NCBI GenBank assembly: GCA_049320885.1
Contig: JBMORA010000048.1
Coordinates: 11,396 to 75,395, forward strand
Direction: 5' to 3'
Origin: Thermodesulfobacteriota bacterium
Lineage (GTDB): Bacteria; Desulfobacterota; Desulfobacteria; Desulfobacterales; SURF-7
DNA: 64,000 nt
Of the stretch, positions 42,834-51,227 are shown in pieces. The translations under genes and the position numbers were made by a program. The notes beneath the pieces were generated by a model that ran no database searches, was not told where the DNA came from, and saw nothing but the letters and a program-made list of their open reading frames with translations. Numbering within the stretch: the first letter of the stretch is position 1; every line of letters starts with the position of its first letter.

Positions 42834-44262
42834 TTTCATCGCCGTCGCCCCGCTGCTGATTCTCGCTTTTTTTGCCGTCGCCGTCATGCTGGCCATCGCT
42901 CTGCGCCGGAATCATGCCGTCGCCGTGTCTCTCAGCCTGACGGGCCTTGCCGCAGCCCTGGGAGTTCTGCCCTTTTCGGCGCCCCTGACTCCGCGCCCCG
43001 TGACCCCCCTGTTGGTCGTGGACGGCTTCGCCCTGTTTTACCTGGGCCTGATTCTTTCGGCCGCCGCCGCCGTGGTTGTCTTTGCCTGGGATTATCTCCG
43101 CCGTCTGGACGACCTGCCGGAGGAGTTCTATTTCCTGCTGCTGGTTGCAACGCTGGGCGCCGGCATTCTGGCAGTCTGCCGGCATTTCGCCTCCCTGTTT
43201 CTGGGGCTGGAAATCCTCAGCGTTTCCCTCTATGGCTTGATCGCCTACACCCGCGACCGGAATGTCAGCATCGAGGCCGGGTTCAAATACCTGGTGCTGG
43301 CGGCCGTTTCCGCCGCCTTTCTGCTGTTCGGCGCGGCCCTGATCTATTCGGAAACCGGCGCCCTGGATTTCGGCAGCCTGCTGCCCCTGTTTCAAGCCGG
43401 ACCGGCAGGACGGCAATCCCTGATGCTCCTCAGCGGCCTGGGGCTGGTGATCACGGCCGTCGGTTTCAAGCTGGCCCTGACGCCGTTTCACATGTGGACC
43501 CCGGACATTTATCAAGGGGCCCCGGCGCCGGTGACGGCCTTCGTGGCCGCCGTCTCCAAGGGCGCCGTGGCGGCCCTGCTGGTGCGCCTGTTTGCACCCG
43601 TGGATCTGCATCAATGGGGCTCCCTGTTCGTTGTTTTCGCCGTCATGGCCGGGGCCTCCATGATTGCCGGCAACCTGCTGGCCCTCATGCAGGACAACAT
43701 CAAACGCATCCTGGCCTATTCCTCCATCGCCCACATGGGGTATCTCCTCACCGCCTTCCTTTCCGGCGGGCGGGAAGCCGTTCTGGTGGTGACTTTCTAC
43801 CTCACGGCCTACATCATCAGCATCCTGGGGTGCTTCGGGGTGATCGCGGCCCTGTCTTCCAGGGAAGGGGACGTTGAAACCGTCGGGGATATCCGGGGGC
43901 TTTTCCTTCGCCGCCCATGGCTGACCGGCGTATTCACGGCCATGCTGCTGTCCCTGGCCGGCATTCCGCTCACCGCCGGATTTATCGGCAAGTTTTTCGT
44001 GGTGACCGTCGGCATTCAAGCCGCCCACTGGGTACTGGTCGTCATCCTGGCCCTCACCAGCGGCGTGGGCCTGTTCTACTACCTGAAGATCATCATCGCC
44101 ATGTTTTCACCGGCGCCGGAGGAAGCAGTAGGCGTTTTTTTGAATCGGCCCGCGGCATCGTCCATGGTTGCCCTGACCTTTGCCGTTCTTTCCGCGCTGC
44201 TGCTCTGGCTGGGCGTCGGACCGTCCTGGCTCATGCGGATGATCGGGAAAATGGTGGGATAA
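42820..44262 (+). CDS. nuoN: NADH:quinone oxidoreductase subunit N
   Basis: EAGFKY, GFKLALTPFHMWTPDIYQGAP, AGIPLTAGFIGKF; RBS GGAGG. Confidence 0.96.
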   Translation: MHRPDFIAVAPLLILAFFAVAVMLAIALRRNHAVAVSLSLTGLAAALGVLPFSAPLTPRPVTPLLVVDGFALFYLGLILSAAAAVVVFAWDYLRRLDDLPEEFYFLLLVATLGAGILAVCRHFASLFLGLEILSVSLYGLIAYTRDRNVSIEAGFKYLVLAAVSAAFLLFGAALIYSETGALDFGSLLPLFQAGPAGRQSLMLLSGLGLVITAVGFKLALTPFHMWTPDIYQGAPAPVTAFVAAVSKGAVAALLVRLFAPVDLHQWGSLFVVFAVMAGASMIAGNLLALMQDNIKRILAYSSIAHMGYLLTAFLSGGREAVLVVTFYLTAYIISILGCFGVIAALSSREGDVETVGDIRGLFLRRPWLTGVFTAMLLSLAGIPLTAGFIGKFFVVTVGIQAAHWVLVVILALTSGVGLFYYLKIIIAMFSPAPEEAVGVFLNRPAASSMVALTFAVLSALLLWLGVGPSWLMRMIGKMVG

Positions 44263-44316
44263 CAGCCCCACCCTTCCCGGTTTCCGCCGGACTCGTTCAG
44301 AAACGGAGAATCGATC

Positions 44317-45825
44317 ATGCAGAAAAAACATATACCGGTCATCGTGGGAATTTCCCAGTACACTCAGCCGAAGGATGCGGCCTGTCCGCTGGATCCACTG
44401 GGATTGATGGCCAGAACCGGCCGGGAGGCCTTTGAGGAAGCCGGCGGCGGCAACCTGTTGCGGCAGTGCGACACCATCCGGGTGATCAATCTGGTCTCCT
44501 ACCCCTATGCCGACGCCTGCGGCGAACTGGGAAGAACCCTCGGGATCAATCCTGGAAAAACCGTATACGGCGGCATCGGCGGCAACAGTCCTCAAATGTT
44601 CGTCAACCAGGCAGCCGCGGAGATCGCCGCAGGCAACAGCCGCGTGACCCTCATCGCCGGCGCCGAGGCAGCGGCTTCCGTACGCCGCTTTCAGAAATCG
44701 AACACCGCTCCCGACTGGCCGGCGGGCGGGATCCCCCAACGGATCGACACGGACAACCGGGAAGGATTTTCCCCTTTGGAAAGCCGGCACAATTTTCTGA
44801 TCCCGGCTTTTGCCTATGCCATGCTGGAAAATGCCCTGAGACATGCCCTGGGGCGCGACCTGGAAGATCACCGCCTTGCCATGGGCCGCCTCTTTGAACG
44901 CTTCGCCCGCGCGGCCTCCCGCAACCCCCGGGCCTGGGTCCGGGAAGCATATACAGCGGACGCCATCACCCTGACCGGTCCCGACAACCGGATGGTCTGT
45001 TTCCCCTACACCATGCGCATGATCGCCAACTACTTCGTGGATCAATCCGCGGCCATCGTCATGACCAGCGAGGAAACGGCCGATGAGATCGGCATCCATC
45101 CGTCCCGGCGCATATACCCCATGGGCGGAGCCGGCCTCTGCAACATCTGGAATATGTCACGGCGGGCGGATCTGACCGATTCCCCGGCCTTGCGCGAGGC
45201 CATCTGGCTGGCCCTGGATCAGGCCGGAATCCGGACCGAGGACATCGATTTCTTCGATCTGTACAGCTGTTTTCCCTCGGCGGTGGAGATCGCCTGCCGG
45301 GAGCTCGGCATCCCGGAAAACGACCCCCGGGACCTGACGGTCACCGGCGGTCTGCCCTATTTCGGGGGGCCGGGAAACAACTACTCCCTGCACGCCATCG
45401 CCGGAGTCGTGGAAAGGCTTCGCGCCAACCCGGGACAGAAGGCTTTGGTCACCGCCCTGGGCTGGTACAACACCAAATGGGCCGTCGGTATTTATGGCAG
45501 TCTGCCCGGTGCCCATCCATGGGAGGAATCCGATTATTCCGCCATTCAGGAACGCATCGACGCGGAAGCCCTGCCGGAACCGCTGGAAGCGGCCGAGGGG
45601 AATCTATGTATCGAAACCTATGTCATCGGCCACGGCCGCGCCGGCGAACCGGACCACGGAATTGTCCTGGGCCGTCTGGAAAACGGCCGGCGGGCCTTCG
45701 CCAGGATCGACGCAGCCCCCCGAATTCTGGAAGAAATGGAAAAAACCGAGCTGATCGGATTGTCCGGCAGGGTCCGGCATGACGGCGACAGCGGATACAA
45801 TTACGTCACCATCGAAGGGTTTTGA
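44317..45825 (+). CDS. Thiolase-like protein (acetyl-CoA acetyltransferase superfamily, TLP type) with C-terminal extra domain
   Basis: IPVIVGISQ, GGNSPQ, VDQSAAIV, FDLYSCFPSAV, TGGLPYFGGPGNNYSLHA. Confidence 0.8.
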   Translation: MQKKHIPVIVGISQYTQPKDAACPLDPLGLMARTGREAFEEAGGGNLLRQCDTIRVINLVSYPYADACGELGRTLGINPGKTVYGGIGGNSPQMFVNQAAAEIAAGNSRVTLIAGAEAAASVRRFQKSNTAPDWPAGGIPQRIDTDNREGFSPLESRHNFLIPAFAYAMLENALRHALGRDLEDHRLAMGRLFERFARAASRNPRAWVREAYTADAITLTGPDNRMVCFPYTMRMIANYFVDQSAAIVMTSEETADEIGIHPSRRIYPMGGAGLCNIWNMSRRADLTDSPALREAIWLALDQAGIRTEDIDFFDLYSCFPSAVEIACRELGIPENDPRDLTVTGGLPYFGGPGNNYSLHAIAGVVERLRANPGQKALVTALGWYNTKWAVGIYGSLPGAHPWEESDYSAIQERIDAEALPEPLEAAEGNLCIETYVIGHGRAGEPDHGIVLGRLENGRRAFARIDAAPRILEEMEKTELIGLSGRVRHDGDSGYNYVTIEGF

Positions 45826-45836
45826 TCCCTACCGCA

Positions 45837-45866
45837 GCGGGAAAGGCGGGCCGGCGCCTTTCCCGC
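45837..45866. terminator. Hairpin between convergent genes, probable terminator
   Basis: Perfect 12-bp stem GCGGGAAAGGCG / CGCCTTTCCCGC, 6-nt loop; no long U tract. Confidence 0.6.
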
Positions 45867-45873
45867 CACTCCT

Positions 45874-46362
45874 CTAGATAAACTTCAGGTATTTGCTCTT
45901 CACGCTGATCAGTTCTTCACTGGTCAGTTTCAGGCGGCCCGCCAGGGTCTGCGCGAAAATCCGGTACAGGATGTAATACAGGGAGGCTTTCTCGGATTCG
46001 CTCAAGCGGTGCATGCTGGTATTGTCGATGGCCAGGCAGACGACATCCTCTTCCGCATATACGCTGGCGGTTCTGGAAAACTCGCCCAACAGGCTCATCT
46101 CGCCGAAAATATCTCCCCGTTTATCCAGTACGCACAACGGCCTGCCCTTCTTGGTGACGCGGATTCGGCCGAAAATCAGGATATACAGGTTGCCGTCATA
46201 TGTGCCTTCCGTGATGATCTCTTCACCGGTTTTGTATTTGCGAATTTTGCTGAAGGCCAGCAAACGCTGGAGATCATGATCGCTGAAAGGACTGAGCGTC
46301 GGGATACGCTTCAAATCCGGAATGATTTTCTGGTTTGTTCCCAATGAAATGGATTCTAGCAT
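45874..46362 (-). CDS. Cyclic nucleotide-binding domain protein (no HTH)
   Basis: IITEGTYDGNLYILIFGRIRV...GDIFGEMSLL...RTASVYA. Confidence 0.88.
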   Translation of the reverse strand: MLESISLGTNQKIIPDLKRIPTLSPFSDHDLQRLLAFSKIRKYKTGEEIITEGTYDGNLYILIFGRIRVTKKGRPLCVLDKRGDIFGEMSLLGEFSRTASVYAEEDVVCLAIDNTSMHRLSESEKASLYYILYRIFAQTLAGRLKLTSEELISVKSKYLKFI

Positions 46363-46420
46363 GACGGCACCTCACTTGGTTTTGTATTCAATGCATGCCT
46401 TGCATGTCGATTATTTCTTT

Positions 46421-46437
46421 ATCAAGTACTGTGCCAA
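46421..46437 (-). promoter_or_regulatory. Probable sigma54 promoter for the cNMP-binding gene
   Basis: Minus strand TTGGCAC-AGTAC-TTGAT; perfect -24 element, GA instead of GC at -12. Confidence 0.5.
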
Positions 46438-46996
46438 CTCGAAGGGTCTGATTGAATCATATGTGATAACAGGCAACTTTCAGCGGTTGGCCCGTACGGA
46501 AGACGGGAAAGACCTGTTCACAAAAAAAGACAGCTACGGACGTGGACTTTATCTTTTTGTCAGCGATGTCGACTTGCATGAAAGTGAATCGAAAAAACTG
46601 TGCGCGGAATGCAAGCATTAAACACTCGTCGGTGTGCTATCATTTTTAGCTGTTAAAAATAAAAATGAGCCGGAAAGTTCTTGGGGATTCGACGGCCATC
46701 ACGACTGGCCGTGGTGGTACCGGCAGAGGATCTATTTCCTCGGCCATCTGTACGGGCCGGCCTGATTCGGCCCCGGAACGAATCATTCATACTAATTCCA
46801 TCCGAAAATTTTTAGTTCAATGCCCCACCCCCGAGCTAACCGGCTGATCGCGACGGCTGATTATACAATATTATATAATTTTTTAGAGATTTATATTGTA
46901 AATGGAATTATTCCGGCGGGCCGCCGTTATTAGCTGAAATGAACTATTTCATCCATGGTTAATTTTTGCTAACTTATTGTTTTTTTTATGAATATC

Positions 46997-47025
46997 TTGA
47001 CAAACCTCCGCTTTGTCATTATAAA
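46997..47025 (+). promoter_or_regulatory. Near-consensus sigma70 promoter of the Glt/Hdr/Met operon with overlapping inverted repeat
   Basis: TTGACA-17 bp-TATAAA; TGACAAA-N7-TTTGTCA at 46998-47018. Confidence 0.7.
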
Positions 47026-47073
47026 GCAACTCCTTTCAACAAATCGTTAAAAAAAGGGTAGAGCCGATAACGC

Positions 47074-49734
47074 ATGAACAGAATCCGACAACTATTACAT
47101 TCGAAAAAACGGTTGGTTGACGGCCTTGAGTTCCCGGACATCACCAAAGCCTCGGAAGAAGGCGGCTGCGGTGTTGTCGGCTTTTGCTGCACCAAGCCGG
47201 TTCCCGGACGTCATATCTATGAACCGTCGAGATTGATGCACAATCGCGGCAACGGCAAGGGCGGAGGGATCGCCGCGGTGGGACTCGTTCCGGAACAACT
47301 CGGCGTCGACCGCCGCGTTCTGGATGATTGTTATATGATCCATGTCGCCTTTTTGGATGCCGGCGTGCGCCCCGAATTGGAAAAAAAGTATCTTACACCG
47401 TACTTTGATGTGGAAACATCCCGCAAACTCGACACGGTGGATGACTGGACGGCCATCGCCGGACTGGAAGTGCGACCGCCGGATGTCTGGCGCTATTTTA
47501 CCCGCGTCAAGCCGCCGGTTCTGGACGCCTTCATCCAGGAAAACCGGCTTGAAACCATCTCCCGGCGCGAAGCCGAGGAAGAATTCGTCAGTCAAAACAG
47601 TTTCAAGCTGAATCAGGAATATTACGCCTCGCTGAAGAATCAAAAAGCCTTCGTGCTGTCCCACGGCCGGGATATCATGATCCTGAAGGTGGTCGGCTAT
47701 GCCGAGGCCATCGTCAAATATTATAAAATCGAGGAACTCGCCGCGCATGCCTGGATCGCGCACCAGCGTTTTCCCACCAAGGGCCGCGTATGGCACCCGG
47801 GTGGCGCCCATCCGTTTACGGCCATGAATATGGCCCTGGTCCATAACGGCGACTTTGCCAATTACCACTCCGTCACCGAATACCTGCTCCAGCGTCATAT
47901 CTATCCGCAGTTCATCACGGATACCGAAGTGTCGGCCCTGATGTTCGATCTGCTCAACCGCACCTATAAATATCCGCTTGAATACATCATCGAGGCCCTG
48001 GCGCCCACCACCGAATTGGATTTCGACCACCTGCCCCTTGAAAAGCAGCGGGTATACCGGGCGATCCAGGCCACCCATATCCACGGATCGCCCGATGGGC
48101 CCTGGTTTTTCATCATCACCCGCAATCTTCCCGAAGAGAAAAAATTCCAACTGATCGGCATCACCGACACGTCCATGTTGCGGCCCCAGGTATTCGCCTT
48201 TTGCGACGGCGACGTGCAGGTCGGGCTGATCGCCTCGGAAAAGCAGGCCATCGACGCCACCCTGCTCAGTCTGGCCCGGGATGACAGACGCATCTGCCCG
48301 GTTGCCGACCGGTATTGGAACGCCCGCGGCGGCAGCCACACGGACGGCGGCACCTTCATGTTCAATCTGGAGCCGGATGCCTCCGGCCAGATCCGGATGA
48401 CCTGCACGGATAAGTTCGGGAGCCCGGTGCTGCTGCCGAAACCGTCGGCGCCCTTTGACTTTACGAGAGAGGATGTTTTCGAGCCGGATGCGGCGATTGC
48501 CGACGAGATCAAGCGCGGCTTTGATACGGGTTCGGCGGAAACCGTCTTCGCTTATGTCCGCGACCATATGGCCGCCTGGCGTTTCGAGGATGTCAAGGCC
48601 GTATGCCGGGCCATCCGCAGACAGGCCATGGATCGCAACCATACGGCGACCGCCATCCAGGCCCTGACCCTGCTCAACGATCGGCGCTATCCCACCGGCC
48701 CCAAGAAACGGAGCCATCTCCTGCATATGATCCGCACGGAGCTGAATCGATTGTTTGACGACCTGCCGGCCATTGCGAAGAACGACAGGGATGGCGGCGC
48801 CTATCGTCGGATCGATTATCAAACCCGCCATGCCCTGCGGCCGCCCATGGGTGACGAGACCACCCTCGTCATCCATGCGGACGTCTTCCCCGCCGAAGGC
48901 GCCGAGTGTGACGCGGCGCTGCTGGTGGATGCCTATAACAAAGGCTGGCGGAGATTTATCAGCTACAATTGTTCCGGACAGCGCTATGTCGGTTGCGGAC
49001 TGGGACCGGAAACGGACGGCGTCGTCATCGACGTATACGGCAGTTCGGGCGATTATCTGGGCTCCGGCATCGACGGTTTGACCATCACGGTGCACGACAA
49101 CGCCCAGGACCAGCTGGGGCAGATCATCAAGCGCGGTAAACTGGTGGTGTACGGCGATGTTGGCCAGACCTTCCTCTACGGCGCCAAGGGCGGTGAAGTG
49201 TATGTCATGGGGAACGCGGCGGGCCGACCGCTGATCAATTCCGTGGGCCGGCCCCGGGTGGTGATCAACGGCACCTCCCTCGATTTTCTGGCCGAATCCT
49301 TCATGGCCGGCGATCCGCATCAAAACGGCGGCTTTGTGGTGTTGAACGGCATCCGGTTCGATGACGACGGCCGCATTGTTCCCCTGGACGAACCCTATCC
49401 CGGCAGCAATCTGTTCTCCCTGGCTTCCGGCGGCGCGATCTATATCCGCGATCCCCGGCAGGTATCCGTTGCCGGTCAATTGAACGGCGGCGTATTCCTG
49501 CCGTTGACCGAAAAGGATTGGGAATTGATCTTGCCCTATCTGGAAGAGAATGAACGTTTGTTCGGTATCCGGATTACGGACCTGCTGACCGTGGACGGAA
49601 AATTGTCCGCCCCGGAAAACGTGTACCGGAAGGTCGTGCCCGTTGCGGTGGCCGCGAAAATGCCCCGGCAACCGCAACCGCCGGTGAGGGCGGAGGAAAC
49701 CGAACAGGAAACCGTGGGTGATCTTTCAAATTAG
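47074..49734 (+). CDS. Glutamate synthase-like protein: class II glutamine amidotransferase domain fused to GXGXG (GltB C-terminal) domain
   Basis: EEGGCGVVG (Ntn Cys after short leader), AHQRFPT, AHPF, VHNGDFAN, DTEV; C-terminal GQRYVGCGLG...GDYLGSG...GQTFLYGAKGG beta-helix. Confidence 0.82.
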   Translation: MNRIRQLLHSKKRLVDGLEFPDITKASEEGGCGVVGFCCTKPVPGRHIYEPSRLMHNRGNGKGGGIAAVGLVPEQLGVDRRVLDDCYMIHVAFLDAGVRPELEKKYLTPYFDVETSRKLDTVDDWTAIAGLEVRPPDVWRYFTRVKPPVLDAFIQENRLETISRREAEEEFVSQNSFKLNQEYYASLKNQKAFVLSHGRDIMILKVVGYAEAIVKYYKIEELAAHAWIAHQRFPTKGRVWHPGGAHPFTAMNMALVHNGDFANYHSVTEYLLQRHIYPQFITDTEVSALMFDLLNRTYKYPLEYIIEALAPTTELDFDHLPLEKQRVYRAIQATHIHGSPDGPWFFIITRNLPEEKKFQLIGITDTSMLRPQVFAFCDGDVQVGLIASEKQAIDATLLSLARDDRRICPVADRYWNARGGSHTDGGTFMFNLEPDASGQIRMTCTDKFGSPVLLPKPSAPFDFTREDVFEPDAAIADEIKRGFDTGSAETVFAYVRDHMAAWRFEDVKAVCRAIRRQAMDRNHTATAIQALTLLNDRRYPTGPKKRSHLLHMIRTELNRLFDDLPAIAKNDRDGGAYRRIDYQTRHALRPPMGDETTLVIHADVFPAEGAECDAALLVDAYNKGWRRFISYNCSGQRYVGCGLGPETDGVVIDVYGSSGDYLGSGIDGLTITVHDNAQDQLGQIIKRGKLVVYGDVGQTFLYGAKGGEVYVMGNAAGRPLINSVGRPRVVINGTSLDFLAESFMAGDPHQNGGFVVLNGIRFDDDGRIVPLDEPYPGSNLFSLASGGAIYIRDPRQVSVAGQLNGGVFLPLTEKDWELILPYLEENERLFGIRITDLLTVDGKLSAPENVYRKVVPVAVAAKMPRQPQPPVRAEETEQETVGDLSN

Positions 49735-49761
49735 CATGGGTCAAACACGCATAGGATTGAT

Positions 49762-50331
49762 ATGACCATCAGAATCAAAAGAGGCCGATCCGCTCCGTCC
49801 CTGACAGATTCGGTCCGGGAGATCTCGGGCGTGGATCTCGGGGCCTGCTACCAGTGCCGGAAATGCTCCTGCGGTTGCACCGTAACCGGGCATGCCCAAT
49901 CCCCCCCTGCTGAAATCATCAGACGTCTGCAACTGGGCGCAGGGCATGAACTGCTCCGTAACGATCTGATCTGGACCTGCGTTTCCTGCGAAACCTGTTC
50001 TGCCCGCTGTCCCATGGGGGTCGACCTGGTGGCCGTCATGGACGCCCTGCGCGCCCTGGCCGTCGCGCAGCAAGCACCCGTCCCGGAAGGCAACGTCCCG
50101 CTGTTCAACAAGGCGTTTCTCAAGACGGTGGCCCTCTTCGGCCGGACATACGATCTGGGTCTGATGGCGGCTTATAAGATCGGCACCGCCTCCTATGGCC
50201 GGGATGCGGATAAAATCCCCCTGCTGCTCCGGAAAAAAAAAATTGCGCTGCTGCCGTCGCTGAGCCCCGGACGCCGGGCGGTAAAAAGAATTTTTCAACA
50301 AACCGGACAAAACAAGGGAAATATCAAATGA
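49762..50331 (+). CDS. hdrC: Heterodisulfide reductase subunit C-like 2x[4Fe-4S] protein
   Basis: CYQCRKCSCGC and IWTCVSCETCSARCP. Confidence 0.88.
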   Translation: MTIRIKRGRSAPSLTDSVREISGVDLGACYQCRKCSCGCTVTGHAQSPPAEIIRRLQLGAGHELLRNDLIWTCVSCETCSARCPMGVDLVAVMDALRALAVAQQAPVPEGNVPLFNKAFLKTVALFGRTYDLGLMAAYKIGTASYGRDADKIPLLLRKKKIALLPSLSPGRRAVKRIFQQTGQNKGNIK

Positions 50332-51206
50332 GATATGCCTATTATCCCGGATGTTCAGCGGAATCCTCGGCCCGGGACCTGCACGCTTCCAGTCTGGCCG
50401 TAACCCGCAAGCTGGGCATCGAGCTGAAGGAGATCCCGGGCTGGTCCTGCTGCGGCGCCACACCCGCCCACCAGACCGATCGCATCCTGGCGGCATCCCT
50501 GCCGGCCGCCAATCTGGCCAAGGCCCGGGACATGGGCCTGGACATCGTGGTGAACTGCGCCGCCTGTTACAACCGGTTGAAAATGGCCAATCACGAAATC
50601 CGGAACCATTCGGACATGCGGAAAAAAGTGGGGAAGGCCCTGGGCCGGGATTACGACGGTTCGGTCAAGGTCCGGCACCTGATGGAAGTGCTCCTCGAGG
50701 ATGTCGGCCTGCCGGAACTTGCGGGAGCGCTGCCCCATTCCCTGGGCGGGCTGAAAGTCGCCTCGTATTACGGCTGCCTGCTGGTTCGTCCCCATGAAGT
50801 CACCCGTTTCGACGATCCTGAAAATCCCCAGGCAATGGACCGGCTGGTAACGGCCATGGGCGGAGAAAGCCTGGACTGGCCTGCCAAGGTCGACTGCTGC
50901 GGCAACAGTCTGTCGCTGACGACCCAATCGAATCTGGTGGTGGATTTTTCCGACAAGATCATCCAGATGGCCAAGGCCGCGGGAGCCGAATGTATCGCCA
51001 CCGCCTGTCCCCTGTGCCAGGTCAACCTGGACCTCCGGCAGAGCGACATCCAAAAGCAAACCGGGCGGAAATACAACCTGCCTGTTTTTTACATCACCCA
51101 ACTGCTGGGGTTATGCCTGGGTCTTTCCCGGGCGGAACTCGGTCTGAACAAGCTGGTGGTTTCTTCATCACGGATTGAAAAAGCCGTGCAAGCGGCTGCG
51201 GTATAA
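50328..51206 (+). CDS. hdrB: Heterodisulfide reductase subunit B
   Basis: YAYYPGC, WSCCG, CAAC, YYGC, DCCG, ACPLC (two CCG domains). Confidence 0.92.
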   Translation: MRYAYYPGCSAESSARDLHASSLAVTRKLGIELKEIPGWSCCGATPAHQTDRILAASLPAANLAKARDMGLDIVVNCAACYNRLKMANHEIRNHSDMRKKVGKALGRDYDGSVKVRHLMEVLLEDVGLPELAGALPHSLGGLKVASYYGCLLVRPHEVTRFDDPENPQAMDRLVTAMGGESLDWPAKVDCCGNSLSLTTQSNLVVDFSDKIIQMAKAAGAECIATACPLCQVNLDLRQSDIQKQTGRKYNLPVFYITQLLGLCLGLSRAELGLNKLVVSSSRIEKAVQAAAV

Positions 51207-51227
51207 ATGGTAAGGGGCGTTGACATT

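Noticed and set aside
46905..46915. GGAATTATTCC as an NrpR nitrogen operator
   Set aside because: Spacer is 3 bp rather than the 6 bp of GGAA-N6-TTCC
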